From Bacilli bacterium (GTDB taxonomy: Bacteria; Bacillota_I; Bacilli_A; RFN20; CAG-826): a DNA stretch of 64,000 bases. The stretch spans positions 38,191-102,190 of the forward strand of contig JAZRZI010000021.1 in assembly GCA_045601325.1 (NCBI GenBank), read 5' to 3'. The notes under the pieces were generated by a model. The model was not told where the DNA came from. It made no database searches and saw only the letters and a program-made list of their open reading frames with translations. The position numbers and the translations under genes were made by a program. Positions 1 to 8,496 of this stretch are shown here, piece after piece. Position 1 is the stretch's first letter. Every line of letters starts with the position of its first letter.

Positions 1-207
1 ATCAAATTTGTTAAATCTGACGTTGCGGTATATAACGATAAAGATTTTGAATTTGGTCCTATTTTAAGAAAAGAGAAAAGCGCGGTATTTAAAGAAAAAT
101 ACGAACAAAGAATTTCTGAAATTGATCATCTATTGTCTATGAAATTACCAGATAACAGATCGGACGAACTCACTAAAGAAAAAAATAAAATTTTAGGGGT
201 GTTATAG
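1..207 (+). CDS. 3' end of a CDS that begins upstream of the window (C-terminal 68 aa, stop at 205-207); identity unknown, possibly the gene that precedes nif3/yqfO in Bacillus-type order
   Basis: Open frame 1 from position 1 to TAG at 205-207 (…DHLLSMKLPDNRSDELTKEKNKILGVL*). The Nif3 gene starts 2 nt downstream. Confidence 0.3.
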   Translation: MKFVKSDVAVYNDKDFEFGPILRKEKSAVFKEKYEQRISEIDHLLSMKLPDNRSDELTKEKNKILGVL

Positions 208-208
208 T

Positions 209-979
209 ATGGAAACATATACATTACTTAAAAAATTAGCTAAAAAATTCCCAAAACGCATTGCTAAACAAAACCACGATTGCGTTGGATTGATGACAGG
301 AAAACTTCCTTTGGAAGTCAAAAAAATTGTTCTATGTTTAGACATGGATTGGCAAATAGTTGATCAAGTTGAATCTATTAAACCTGATTTAGTTATCACT
401 CATCATCCTTTTATATTTGGTACCAAAGCAAAGGTATTCAAATATGACATTTCAAAAAAAGAATTGAGCGATAGAATGGATGCTCATAATATTCCTGTTT
501 ACAGTTTTCACACAAATTTTGATACTGGCGTAGATGGTATGAATGATGCTATAGCAAAAGCGTTGAATCTAAAAAATATCTATGCACCTATAAATAATCA
601 AATGATGAGGATAGGTGAACTTGAGAGCGCTTTGGACATTAATGATTTCGCTAAATATGCTCAAGAAAAATTAAATATTGAATACGGACTCCTAGTTTCT
701 AACGGCAATAAGGAAATTAAGAAAGTTGGCATCATTGGTGGCGGTGGCTCCAGAAGTTGGCTGTTAGCCAAATTAGAAGGATGTGACTTATACATCTCTG
801 GTGACGCACCTCATTATGTAAGAAGAGACATAATAAATGCTAATTTTAACTATCTCGATTTCCCACATGAAATTGAAAAGATTTTTATGCCACAAATGAA
901 AAAGCTTCTCCTTGATATTGATGATTCATTAGAGGTTATCATCATCGATCACGAAAAAGCTCCAACTATTATTCACTGA
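209..979 (+). CDS. Nif3-family dinuclear-metal protein (YqfO/YbgI-like; GTP cyclohydrolase 1 type 2 homologue)
   Basis: 256 aa; HHPFIFG metal-binding motif; RBS AGGGGTG. Its 3' end overlaps the convergent ispH by 11 nt. Confidence 0.75.
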   Translation: METYTLLKKLAKKFPKRIAKQNHDCVGLMTGKLPLEVKKIVLCLDMDWQIVDQVESIKPDLVITHHPFIFGTKAKVFKYDISKKELSDRMDAHNIPVYSFHTNFDTGVDGMNDAIAKALNLKNIYAPINNQMMRIGELESALDINDFAKYAQEKLNIEYGLLVSNGNKEIKKVGIIGGGGSRSWLLAKLEGCDLYISGDAPHYVRRDIINANFNYLDFPHEIEKIFMPQMKKLLLDIDDSLEVIIIDHEKAPTIIH

Positions 980-1808
980 TATTATTTAAATAATCAAAGA
1001 TTGCATCAATTGTTGATGGTGGAGTGGATGCCCCACCCGCAACTAAGATGCATTTTTTGTTTTTTAATGCATTACAGTCAATTTCAGACACGTTCGATAC
1101 CATTATCACACAAGAATCAGGGTGTGTTGTCTTTGCTATCTCAAATAGTCTATTTGTATTGCTTGATGCTTTGTCTCCAACGATTACAAAGCAATCTATA
1201 TCATTTGATGCTTCAATAATTGCTTGCTGTCTCAATCTTGTTGCGTTACAAACTTCGTTTTCAATTCGTGCATTTGGGTAGAATGATTTTATTTTTGCGT
1301 AAATGCCTTTTAATGAGCTTGAGTTAATAGTGGTTTGGTTTATTACAATTATTTCATCGTTGCATGGTTTAAAGCCGAACTCATCATTCATATCGTAAAA
1401 AAGAACATTATTTGAATAAGATAGTGCCGCTAAAGCCTCATCGTGTTTTTTAATACCTATATAAATAATTGGTTTTTGAGTTTTTTTGATTAAATCAATA
1501 TTGTGTTGAACTTTTGGGCATGTAGCATCATACAATTGCAAATGTTTGTCGTCACAAATTTGATAAGTCGATTTTGAATGACCATGCGCAGATAAAACAA
1601 CAACACTGCCATCCTGAAGATCATCTAATGATGGTACAGAAATTATTCCCTTTTTACTTAGTTCATCAATTACTTCTTGATTGTGAACTAACATACCAAG
1701 CACATAGACCTTTTCATTTGGATGTTCTTCCTTAGCTTTGTGCGCTAGCGAGATAGCACGTAGTACACCGGAGCAATAGCCATATGGTTGCATTTTTTCA
1801 ACTTTCAT
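969..1808 (-). CDS. ispH: 4-hydroxy-3-methylbut-2-enyl diphosphate reductase (IspH/LytB)
   Basis: 279 aa; conserved Cys residues (CSGV…, DATCP…, NATR) typical of the IspH Fe-S enzyme family. Confidence 0.85.
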   Translation of the reverse strand: MKVEKMQPYGYCSGVLRAISLAHKAKEEHPNEKVYVLGMLVHNQEVIDELSKKGIISVPSLDDLQDGSVVVLSAHGHSKSTYQICDDKHLQLYDATCPKVQHNIDLIKKTQKPIIYIGIKKHDEALAALSYSNNVLFYDMNDEFGFKPCNDEIIVINQTTINSSSLKGIYAKIKSFYPNARIENEVCNATRLRQQAIIEASNDIDCFVIVGDKASSNTNRLFEIAKTTHPDSCVIMVSNVSEIDCNALKNKKCILVAGGASTPPSTIDAIFDYLNNISE

Positions 1809-1859
1809 AATTGATTTATTTTTCCTTTTTATATGCTAACATAATTACGAGGTTTTAAT

Positions 1860-2747
1860 ATGAAAAATGATAATTTATTAATTGGATCACACGTTTCAAT
1901 GAATGGACCTGATTTTTATTTAGGAAGTGTTAAAGAAGCATTAAGTTATGGTTCAACTTGCTTTATGTTTTATACTGGCGCACCACAAAATTCTATAAGA
2001 AAGCCATTAGATGAGCTTAAAATCAGTGAAGGCAGAACTCTATTAAGAGAAAATAACATAGATGAAAGTAAAATTGTTGTTCACGCTCCATATATTGTTA
2101 ATTTAGCTAATTTAACAAAACCAGAAATGTTAGAGATGTCTAAATCGTTCATTATTAGAGAATTACAACGAACAGCTGGCTTTGGCGCAAAAACCTTAGT
2201 TTTACATCCCGGTGCTCATGTTGGTCAAGGATCTCAAGCAGGAATAGAAATATTGGCAAAAAATTTAGGTGAAATTTTTGATAAGGATGGAACCGATGTA
2301 AAAATTGCCATTGAAACAATGGCTGGCAAGGGCACAGAAATAGGAATTAGCTTTGACGAAGTATCGGAAATAATTAATCTTTGCAATCACAAAGAACGCC
2401 TTGGTGTGTGTCTAGATACATGTCATATAAGCGATGCTGGATACGATATAAATAATTTCGATGAAATTCTAAATGAATTTGATGATAAAATTGGTTTAGA
2501 AAGATTACTTGTTATTCATTTAAATGATTCTAAAAATCCTCAAGGTGCTCATAAAGATAGACACGAAAACTTAGGCTATGGCTATATTGGCTTTGATGTT
2601 TTAAATAGTATCGCTCACAATCCATTGCTTTCTAATGTTCCAAAAATTCTTGAAACCCCTTATGTAAATGAAAAATCTCCTTATAAGCGAGAGATTGAAA
2701 TGCTCAAAGAAGGTTCTTATATCGATGATTGGAGAGAAAATCTCTAG
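1860..2747 (+). CDS. nfo: Endonuclease IV (AP endonuclease, Nfo; xylose-isomerase-like TIM barrel)
   Basis: 295 aa; HAPYIVNLA and HLNDSK motifs of the Nfo family. Confidence 0.85.
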   Translation: MKNDNLLIGSHVSMNGPDFYLGSVKEALSYGSTCFMFYTGAPQNSIRKPLDELKISEGRTLLRENNIDESKIVVHAPYIVNLANLTKPEMLEMSKSFIIRELQRTAGFGAKTLVLHPGAHVGQGSQAGIEILAKNLGEIFDKDGTDVKIAIETMAGKGTEIGISFDEVSEIINLCNHKERLGVCLDTCHISDAGYDINNFDEILNEFDDKIGLERLLVIHLNDSKNPQGAHKDRHENLGYGYIGFDVLNSIAHNPLLSNVPKILETPYVNEKSPYKREIEMLKEGSYIDDWRENL

Positions 2748-3805
2748 TTTAATTTATTAATTTCTTCAACTAAAGTTTCAAAGGCTTTGTCCTCTGGAAC
2801 TTTTTTTATGACTTTGTTTTTTTTGAATATCGCATATTCGTGGTAACCACCCGCGATACCAATATCAGCATTTTTAGCTTCACCAGGACCGTTTACTATG
2901 CAGCCCATAACAGCAACATGAATAGGTTTATTAATAGTCTCTAAATAATCCATAACGCGTTTTGATAAAGAAGTTACATCAACTTGAGTACGTCCACATG
3001 TAGGACAAGAAACTAGAGTTGGGTAGTTTGGATATAGCCCACAATCGTGAAGGAGTCTTTTTGCCGCGATAACTTCATCTATTGGATTTCCAGAAATAGA
3101 GATTCTTATAGTATCGCCAATGCCCTCCAATAAAAGAGGAGATAATCCAGCTGAACTTCTGATCAATGAGATATCTTTAAATCCGGCTTCTGTTATTCCT
3201 AAATGTAATGGATAAGAGAACTTTTTGGCCGCTAGCCTATAAGCTTCTATCGTTTCTAAAATATTAGAACCTTTCAAAGAAATGACAATGTCATCAAAAC
3301 CATATCTTTCTAAAATAGCTATATGTTTTTGAGCGGATTCAACTAATTTTTCCGCAGTGTATTTATTTGAATAATCATGAACTGTCTTGTCTAATGACCC
3401 TGAATTAACACCAACGCGGATAGGAATGTGCTTTTCTTTAGCTTTATCTACAACTAATTTAATTCCTTCTTCACTGCCTATATTTCCAGGATTAATTCTA
3501 ATTTTATCAACTCCATTATCCATAGCTATTAAAGCCAATCTATAGTTAAAATGAATATCAGCAACTATTGGTATTGAGGTTAATTCTTTGATTTGTTTAA
3601 TTGCATAGGCATCTTTTTCATCCATAACGGAAACTCGCATAATGTCAGCACCATATTTAGCGCATTCATTTATTTGCGAGGCAACCTCTTTATAGTTTTC
3701 TGTTTTGATGTTACACATTGATTGGATAAGAACCTTATTCCGACCACCAATAGTAAGCTTGCCAATATTTACTCTCTTTGTTTGTTCACGAATATTCATA
3801 TACAC
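2744..3805 (-). CDS. ispG: 4-hydroxy-3-methylbut-2-enyl diphosphate synthase (IspG/GcpE)
   Basis: 353 aa; GcpE family with CPTCGR and GCIVNGPGE Fe-S motifs. Convergent 4-nt overlap with nfo. Confidence 0.85.
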   Translation of the reverse strand: MYMNIREQTKRVNIGKLTIGGRNKVLIQSMCNIKTENYKEVASQINECAKYGADIMRVSVMDEKDAYAIKQIKELTSIPIVADIHFNYRLALIAMDNGVDKIRINPGNIGSEEGIKLVVDKAKEKHIPIRVGVNSGSLDKTVHDYSNKYTAEKLVESAQKHIAILERYGFDDIVISLKGSNILETIEAYRLAAKKFSYPLHLGITEAGFKDISLIRSSAGLSPLLLEGIGDTIRISISGNPIDEVIAAKRLLHDCGLYPNYPTLVSCPTCGRTQVDVTSLSKRVMDYLETINKPIHVAVMGCIVNGPGEAKNADIGIAGGYHEYAIFKKNKVIKKVPEDKAFETLVEEINKLN

Positions 3806-3901
3806 GCATTATACCACCGCGTTAAAACTTCCGCATAAAAATATATTTGACATCAAAATTATCTATGATAAGATATATTGCGACTCCAAGGAGAGAAATT
3901 T

Positions 3902-4066
3902 ATGGCAAAAGAAGATAGAATCTCATTAACATTAAAGTGCACAGAATGTGGTGAAGAAAACTACTTAACATCTAAAAATAAAAAGAAACATGCAGAACGT
4001 CTTGAACTTAAGAAATACTGCCCAAGATGTAAGAAAATGACACTTCATCGTGAGAAGAAGAAATAA
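3902..4066 (+). CDS. rpmG: 50S ribosomal protein L33
   Basis: [21 protein letters not shown]…CPRCKK zinc-ribbon L33. Start moved to the internal ATG preceded by the RBS AAGGAGAG; the ORF track begins at 3878. Confidence 0.85.
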   Translation: MAKEDRISLTLKCTECGEENYLTSKNKKKHAERLELKKYCPRCKKMTLHREKKK

Positions 4067-4067
4067 A

Positions 4068-4092
4068 AGTAGGCTTTGCCTATTTTTTTTCG
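4068..4092 (+). terminator. Intrinsic terminator after rpmG
   Basis: TAGGC-TTT-GCCTA hairpin followed by TTTTTTTT. Confidence 0.55.
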
Positions 4093-4095
4093 CTT

Positions 4096-4725
4096 ATGAA
4101 AAAATTAGATATTATTCCGTTTGTCTATAACGATTACGACGATTTGTGTTCAAACACTTATATCGTTATCGATAATCACAGCAGATGCATTGTTATTGAT
4201 CCTTCTAAAGATTATAACGGTATTATTGATTATATCAATAAACACAAGCTTTCTTTAAAAGGAGTATTTTTAACTCACACCCATTTTGACCATATGAGGG
4301 GTGTAGATAGATTGATATTTTGTTTTAAATGTCCTTTTTATGTCGGTTGGAACGATATACAAGCACTGAAAAATCCAAATATAAACGGTATTGAAAACAT
4401 TGTTGTTAATAGCGAAGCGATAGCGGTGTCGGAAAAGGATTCGTTTGACTGTTTAGCAGAAGAAATTAGAATATTGGATTTGCCTTATCACACAATTGGT
4501 TCTATTGGTATATATTTTGAAAAGTCAAAAATCCTATTTAGTGGAGATTCTTTGTTTAAGCATTCTATCGGTCGATATGATTTTCCGACATCATCTAGGA
4601 AAGATAAAGATAATACATTAGCAAAGCTAATGAATTTGGACGAACATACGAAAGTTTATCCTGGCCATGGTCCATCAACCACTATAGGTGAAGAACGAAA
4701 ACTAAATCCGTTTATTAAAAGATAA
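4096..4725 (+). CDS. MBL-fold metallo-hydrolase (hydroxyacylglutathione hydrolase-like)
   Basis: 209 aa; THTHFDHMRG metallo-beta-lactamase motif. Confidence 0.7.
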   Translation: MKKLDIIPFVYNDYDDLCSNTYIVIDNHSRCIVIDPSKDYNGIIDYINKHKLSLKGVFLTHTHFDHMRGVDRLIFCFKCPFYVGWNDIQALKNPNINGIENIVVNSEAIAVSEKDSFDCLAEEIRILDLPYHTIGSIGIYFEKSKILFSGDSLFKHSIGRYDFPTSSRKDKDNTLAKLMNLDEHTKVYPGHGPSTTIGEERKLNPFIKR

Positions 4726-4771
4726 TTATTTGTTATAATTACAAAGTATTTATAAGAAAGGACTTAACTAA

Positions 4772-5329
4772 ATGATTAACGTTACAGAATTAAGACCAGG
4801 CAATTACTTTGTTGAAGATGGTAACATATATCAAGTTCAAGACATCCTTCTCAACAAAACTGCTATGAGAAAGATGGTGGCAAAAGTAAAAGTCAAAAAT
4901 ATGCGCTCAGGCGCTATCACTGAAATTGCTCGTAATAGTGGAACAATGATTGAAAGCATTCGATTAGACAAAAGACAAATGCAATATCTTTATGACACAG
5001 GAGATTTCTTGGTTTTTATGGATCAAGAGACATATGAGCAAGTTGAATTATCCAAAGATCGCCTACAATGGGAAATGCAATTCCTGAAAGGCGAAGAAGT
5101 CGTTGATATCACTTCCTATGAAGGTGAAATTCTTGGTCTTACATTACCTGCTAAGGTAGCACTTAAAATCACTATATGTGAACCAGCTGTTCGCGGTGAT
5201 ACAGTTAATAAACCAACAAAGCCTGTTACAGTTGAGACTGGTTTAGAACTTCGTGTTCCAATGTTCATCGAAGAAGGCGATACAATCTATGTTCGCACAG
5301 ACACAGGCGAATATGATGGAAGAGCATAA
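4772..5329 (+). CDS. efp: Translation elongation factor P
   Basis: 185 aa; typical EF-P N-terminus (…ELRPGNYF…) and length. Confidence 0.9.
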   Translation: MINVTELRPGNYFVEDGNIYQVQDILLNKTAMRKMVAKVKVKNMRSGAITEIARNSGTMIESIRLDKRQMQYLYDTGDFLVFMDQETYEQVELSKDRLQWEMQFLKGEEVVDITSYEGEILGLTLPAKVALKITICEPAVRGDTVNKPTKPVTVETGLELRVPMFIEEGDTIYVRTDTGEYDGRA

Positions 5330-5344
5330 GGAGAATTAGAATTT

Positions 5345-5560
5345 ATGGGTGTAGGTGGAATTATCGGCATTGCAGTCGGAGCTTTAATTGTTGGTTTAAT
5401 TGTTGGCTTTTTTGTAACAAGAGCATTGTTCAAAAAACAACTAGAAAAGAATCCTCCAGTTAATGAAAAAATGATTAGAGCTATGCTAACATCAATGGGC
5501 AGAAAGCCTAGTGAAAAGCAAGTTCGTGAAATCATGAGATCAATGAACGCTGCAAAGTAA
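5345..5560 (+). CDS. UPF0154/YneF-family small membrane protein
   Basis: 71 aa; N-terminal TM helix then a charged tail; RBS AAGGAGA. Same neighbourhood as yneF/plsY in B. subtilis. Confidence 0.7.
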   Translation: MGVGGIIGIAVGALIVGLIVGFFVTRALFKKQLEKNPPVNEKMIRAMLTSMGRKPSEKQVREIMRSMNAAK

Positions 5561-5573
5561 ATTAATTCGATAA

Positions 5574-5600
5574 AAGGGCCTCAAATGAGGCCTTTTTATT
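5574..5600 (+). terminator. Intrinsic terminator after the UPF0154 gene
   Basis: GGCCTCA-AA-TGAGGCC followed by TTTTTATTTT. Confidence 0.6.
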
Positions 5601-5617
5601 TTGCTGTGGAAAACTTA

Positions 5618-5650
5618 AAGAAAAAGAAAACCCTATTTTAAATAGGGTGA
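5618..5650 (-). terminator. Intrinsic terminator after plsY
   Basis: Minus strand: ACCCTATTT-AAA-ATAGGGT followed by TTTCTTTTTC. Confidence 0.5.
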
Positions 5651-5682
5651 TTAACTTAAAATCTACTAATTTTCTACTATTA

Positions 5683-6447
5683 TTATTTCATCCATGATAT
5701 CTTACGTTCTTCGTGATTTTTAAGACGTTTTATATTTTCATGGTGTTTAACAACAATGATTATTGCCATAAAAGTTACGGATATAGACCATATGAATGAA
5801 GGCACTAAAGTATGTCCGTACATTGGTAAAGGAAACATACTTGGTGGAATGATTTTTGTTACGCAAAGAACGGACCAAACCCAAGAGCACAGTGTTAAAA
5901 AGCATGCTGCCACTATGCTAGAAAGAGAAACGTATTTTGAAATTTTCAATACAATTAAGTAAATGATTCCGGGTATTACACCAAGTAACCAAGATGACGC
6001 TATCATCAATCCCATAAAAGAAGAAACGCCTTTTCCACCTTTGAATTTTGCGAATATTGGCCAACAATGGCCAATAATAGTGCCTAAAGGTGTTAACCAA
6101 TATGCTGGCCAAGATACTAAATAAGCAGAATTGAAACCTAAATTGTTAACGCTATCAATTCCTGGACATAAAGATTGACCATTATTAATTTTCGCAAATG
6201 TTAAAAACGCCCAAACACTCCAAAGTGGAGCAATGCATTTAAACATATCAAGAATAATAACTAATAATCCAATTTTTTTGCCGAACAATCTACCAGCGTT
6301 TGTACCACCCGCATTATGTGATCCGTAATCTCTCGGATCTTTATGGAAAAATAGTTTACCAATCCAAACGGATGTTGATATCGAACCAAAAATATATCCG
6401 ATGAGCAAACAAATTATTCCAGTTAATATATTAATAAATATATTCAT
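5683..6447 (-). CDS. plsY: Glycerol-3-phosphate acyltransferase PlsY (acyl-phosphate dependent), with a roughly 30-aa internal insertion
   Basis: 254 aa; HNAGGTNAGR and FKGGKGV PlsY motifs. It is about 50 aa longer than typical PlsY because of an insertion after TM2. Confidence 0.8.
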   Translation of the reverse strand: MNIFINILTGIICLLIGYIFGSISTSVWIGKLFFHKDPRDYGSHNAGGTNAGRLFGKKIGLLVIILDMFKCIAPLWSVWAFLTFAKINNGQSLCPGIDSVNNLGFNSAYLVSWPAYWLTPLGTIIGHCWPIFAKFKGGKGVSSFMGLMIASSWLLGVIPGIIYLIVLKISKYVSLSSIVAACFLTLCSWVWSVLCVTKIIPPSMFPLPMYGHTLVPSFIWSISVTFMAIIIVVKHHENIKRLKNHEERKISWMK

Positions 6448-6547
6448 TTTCTTAGCCTTTTTATGACGCTTTTTATTCTACTAAATTACTTTATATTTGT
6501 TAATTATTTTGTATATAATTAATGGCGAAATCGGGGGTATTCGTATT

Positions 6548-8494
6548 ATGGCAAATGAAAATTTAAACAAAACATACTCTGCTGATGATATCCAAATATT
6601 ACAAGGACTTGAAGGCGTTCGTAAGAGACCAGCCATGTACATTGGCTCAACAAACCAAACTGGTTTGCATCATTTAGTTTGGGAAGTCGTTGATAATGCG
6701 GTCGACGAAGCATTAGCAGGATTCGGTAATAGAATCGTAGTAACCATCCATAAGGATGGTTCTTGTTCAGTTTTAGATGAAGGACGTGGTATTCCGGTAG
6801 AAATCGGTAAAAACTCCACTCGTCCTGCCGTCGAAATTGTTTTTACAGAATTACACGCTGGTGGTAAGTTCAATAACGCAGTTTATAAGAGTGCTGCTGG
6901 CTTACATGGTGTAGGCGCATCTGTTACTAACGCATTATCTTCTTATTGCGATGTCATCGTATACAAGAATGGCACAATCAATCACATTAGATTTGAAAAT
7001 GGTGGAACATTAGTTACACCATTAGAGCAAATTGGAACAACTAAAAAGCATGGCACATTGGTTAGATTCAAACCTGATGCAACAATATTTTCAACCGTTG
7101 ATTTTAAAAGAGAAATTATTGCTCAGCATTTACAAGAGTCAGCGTTTTTAATGAAGGGCGTTCATTTTATTTTGAACGATGAACGTACTGGTGAATACCA
7201 AGAATTTTACTATGAGGAAGGATTGCTAGCCTACGTTAAACAAATTAACGCAAACAAGAAAGGAATCAGCGATGTTGCTTCATTCAATGATCTTGATTCA
7301 GGTACTGGTATAGCCACTGAAATAGCTCTTCAATACTGCACAGAAGATTATAATGAAACTATCCTTTCTTACGTTAATAACGTAAGAACAAAAGAAGGCG
7401 GAACTCATGAAGTCGGCTTTAAAGCTGGTATAACAAAAGCTGTTAATGAGTATGGGGAAAACAATAATTTACTCAGAGGAAAGAAACTTGAAGGTAGCGA
7501 TATTAGAGAAGGATTAACAGCTATTATTTCTTTAACTATTCCTGAAAAATATCTCGAATTTGAAGGACAAACTAAAGGAAAATTAGGAACTCAAGAAGCT
7601 ACATATATTGTAAGCAATGTAATTTACAATAAATTTACATATTTTTTAACCGAAAACAAAGAAGTCGCGTTAACTATTATTAAAAAATGTGTTGATGCAC
7701 AGACAGCTAGAATTGCAGCAAGAAAAGCAAAAGAAGATGCTAGAACCGCTAAAAAGGTAAAAAATGAAGTAATTTTGTCTGATAAATTGACACCTGCACA
7801 AAGCAAAGATTACGCCAAAAACGAATTGTTTATTGTCGAGGGTGATTCCGCTGGTGGCTCTGCAAAAAAAGGAAGGGATAGATTACACCAAGCAATATTA
7901 CCACTACGTGGTAAACCATTAAACACAGATGGTGAACCTGCTAGCAAAGTTTTAAAGAACGAGGAAATTGCGACCATTATTAACACAATTGGTGCTGGAC
8001 ATAGTCAAGGTTTTGATATTGAAGATATTCGTTATGGAAAAATCATTATTATGACAGATGCTGATACCGATGGTGCCCATATCCAAACGTTATTATTAAC
8101 ATTCTTCTATCATTATATGAGACCATTAATTACAACCGGTCATGTATTTATAGCTGTACCACCTTTATATAGAATATATAAAGAAGATGGCAAAAAGAAA
8201 ATTCAAGAATATGCTTGGGATGATGAAGGATTAGAAGCCGCAAAGAAGAAAATCGGTGCTGGCTATAAAGTCTCACGTTATAAAGGACTTGGTGAAATGG
8301 ATGCAGACCAATTGAAAGAAACTACCATGGATCCAAAAACTAGATTATTACTTAGAGTTGATATAGAGGACCCAATTCTCGCTGAAAATCGTGTTGCTAC
8401 TTTAATGGGCAAGGATACAGCAATAAGAAAGAAATGGGTTGAAGAAAATATCGATTTTAACGAAGTTGATTCATTCTTGAAGGAGGTCAAATAA
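6548..8494 (+). CDS. parE: Type IIA topoisomerase ATPase subunit, most likely topoisomerase IV subunit B (ParE) rather than GyrB
   Basis: GHKL ATPase and TOPRIM motifs (EGDSAGGSAK, PLRGK). Start set at the internal ATG with RBS GGGGG, MANENL…; the ORF track begins at 6497. The plsY-parE-parC order matches B. subtilis yneS-parE-parC, and no dnaA, dnaN or recF lie nearby. Confidence 0.75.
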   Translation: MANENLNKTYSADDIQILQGLEGVRKRPAMYIGSTNQTGLHHLVWEVVDNAVDEALAGFGNRIVVTIHKDGSCSVLDEGRGIPVEIGKNSTRPAVEIVFTELHAGGKFNNAVYKSAAGLHGVGASVTNALSSYCDVIVYKNGTINHIRFENGGTLVTPLEQIGTTKKHGTLVRFKPDATIFSTVDFKREIIAQHLQESAFLMKGVHFILNDERTGEYQEFYYEEGLLAYVKQINANKKGISDVASFNDLDSGTGIATEIALQYCTEDYNETILSYVNNVRTKEGGTHEVGFKAGITKAVNEYGENNNLLRGKKLEGSDIREGLTAIISLTIPEKYLEFEGQTKGKLGTQEATYIVSNVIYNKFTYFLTENKEVALTIIKKCVDAQTARIAARKAKEDARTAKKVKNEVILSDKLTPAQSKDYAKNELFIVEGDSAGGSAKKGRDRLHQAILPLRGKPLNTDGEPASKVLKNEEIATIINTIGAGHSQGFDIEDIRYGKIIIMTDADTDGAHIQTLLLTFFYHYMRPLITTGHVFIAVPPLYRIYKEDGKKKIQEYAWDDEGLEAAKKKIGAGYKVSRYKGLGEMDADQLKETTMDPKTRLLLRVDIEDPILAENRVATLMGKDTAIRKKWVEENIDFNEVDSFLKEVK

Positions 8495-8496
8495 CT

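Noticed and set aside
1001-1281. Two overlapping plus-strand ORFs of 72 and 85 aa inside the ispH region
   Set aside because: They lie entirely antisense to the well-supported ispH CDS and have no RBS; they are spurious.
969-2747. Convergent gene overlaps: Nif3/ispH by 11 nt and nfo/ispG by 4 nt
   Set aside because: Short 3' overlaps of convergent genes are common in compact AT-rich genomes and carry no specific signal here.
3847-3880. Sigma-A-like promoter for rpmG (TTGACA-16-TAAGAT)
   Set aside because: The -10 hexamer is weak and several alternative TATxxT hexamers fit. It is plausible but not distinctive enough to list as a feature.
3705-3929. Plus-strand 74-aa ORF spanning the ispG start and the rpmG promoter
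   Set aside because: It overlaps the ispG N-terminus antisense and the rpmG 5' region. The real gene here is rpmG, starting at 3902.
6497-8494. Calling the topoisomerase gene pair gyrB/gyrA, with the ORF-track start at 6497
   Set aside because: No dnaA, dnaN or recF lie nearby. The conserved plsY-parE-parC synteny and the YneF-like gene upstream point to topoisomerase IV. The internal ATG at 6548 has a GGGGG RBS and gives the canonical N-terminus. Subunit identity cannot be proven from sequence alone.
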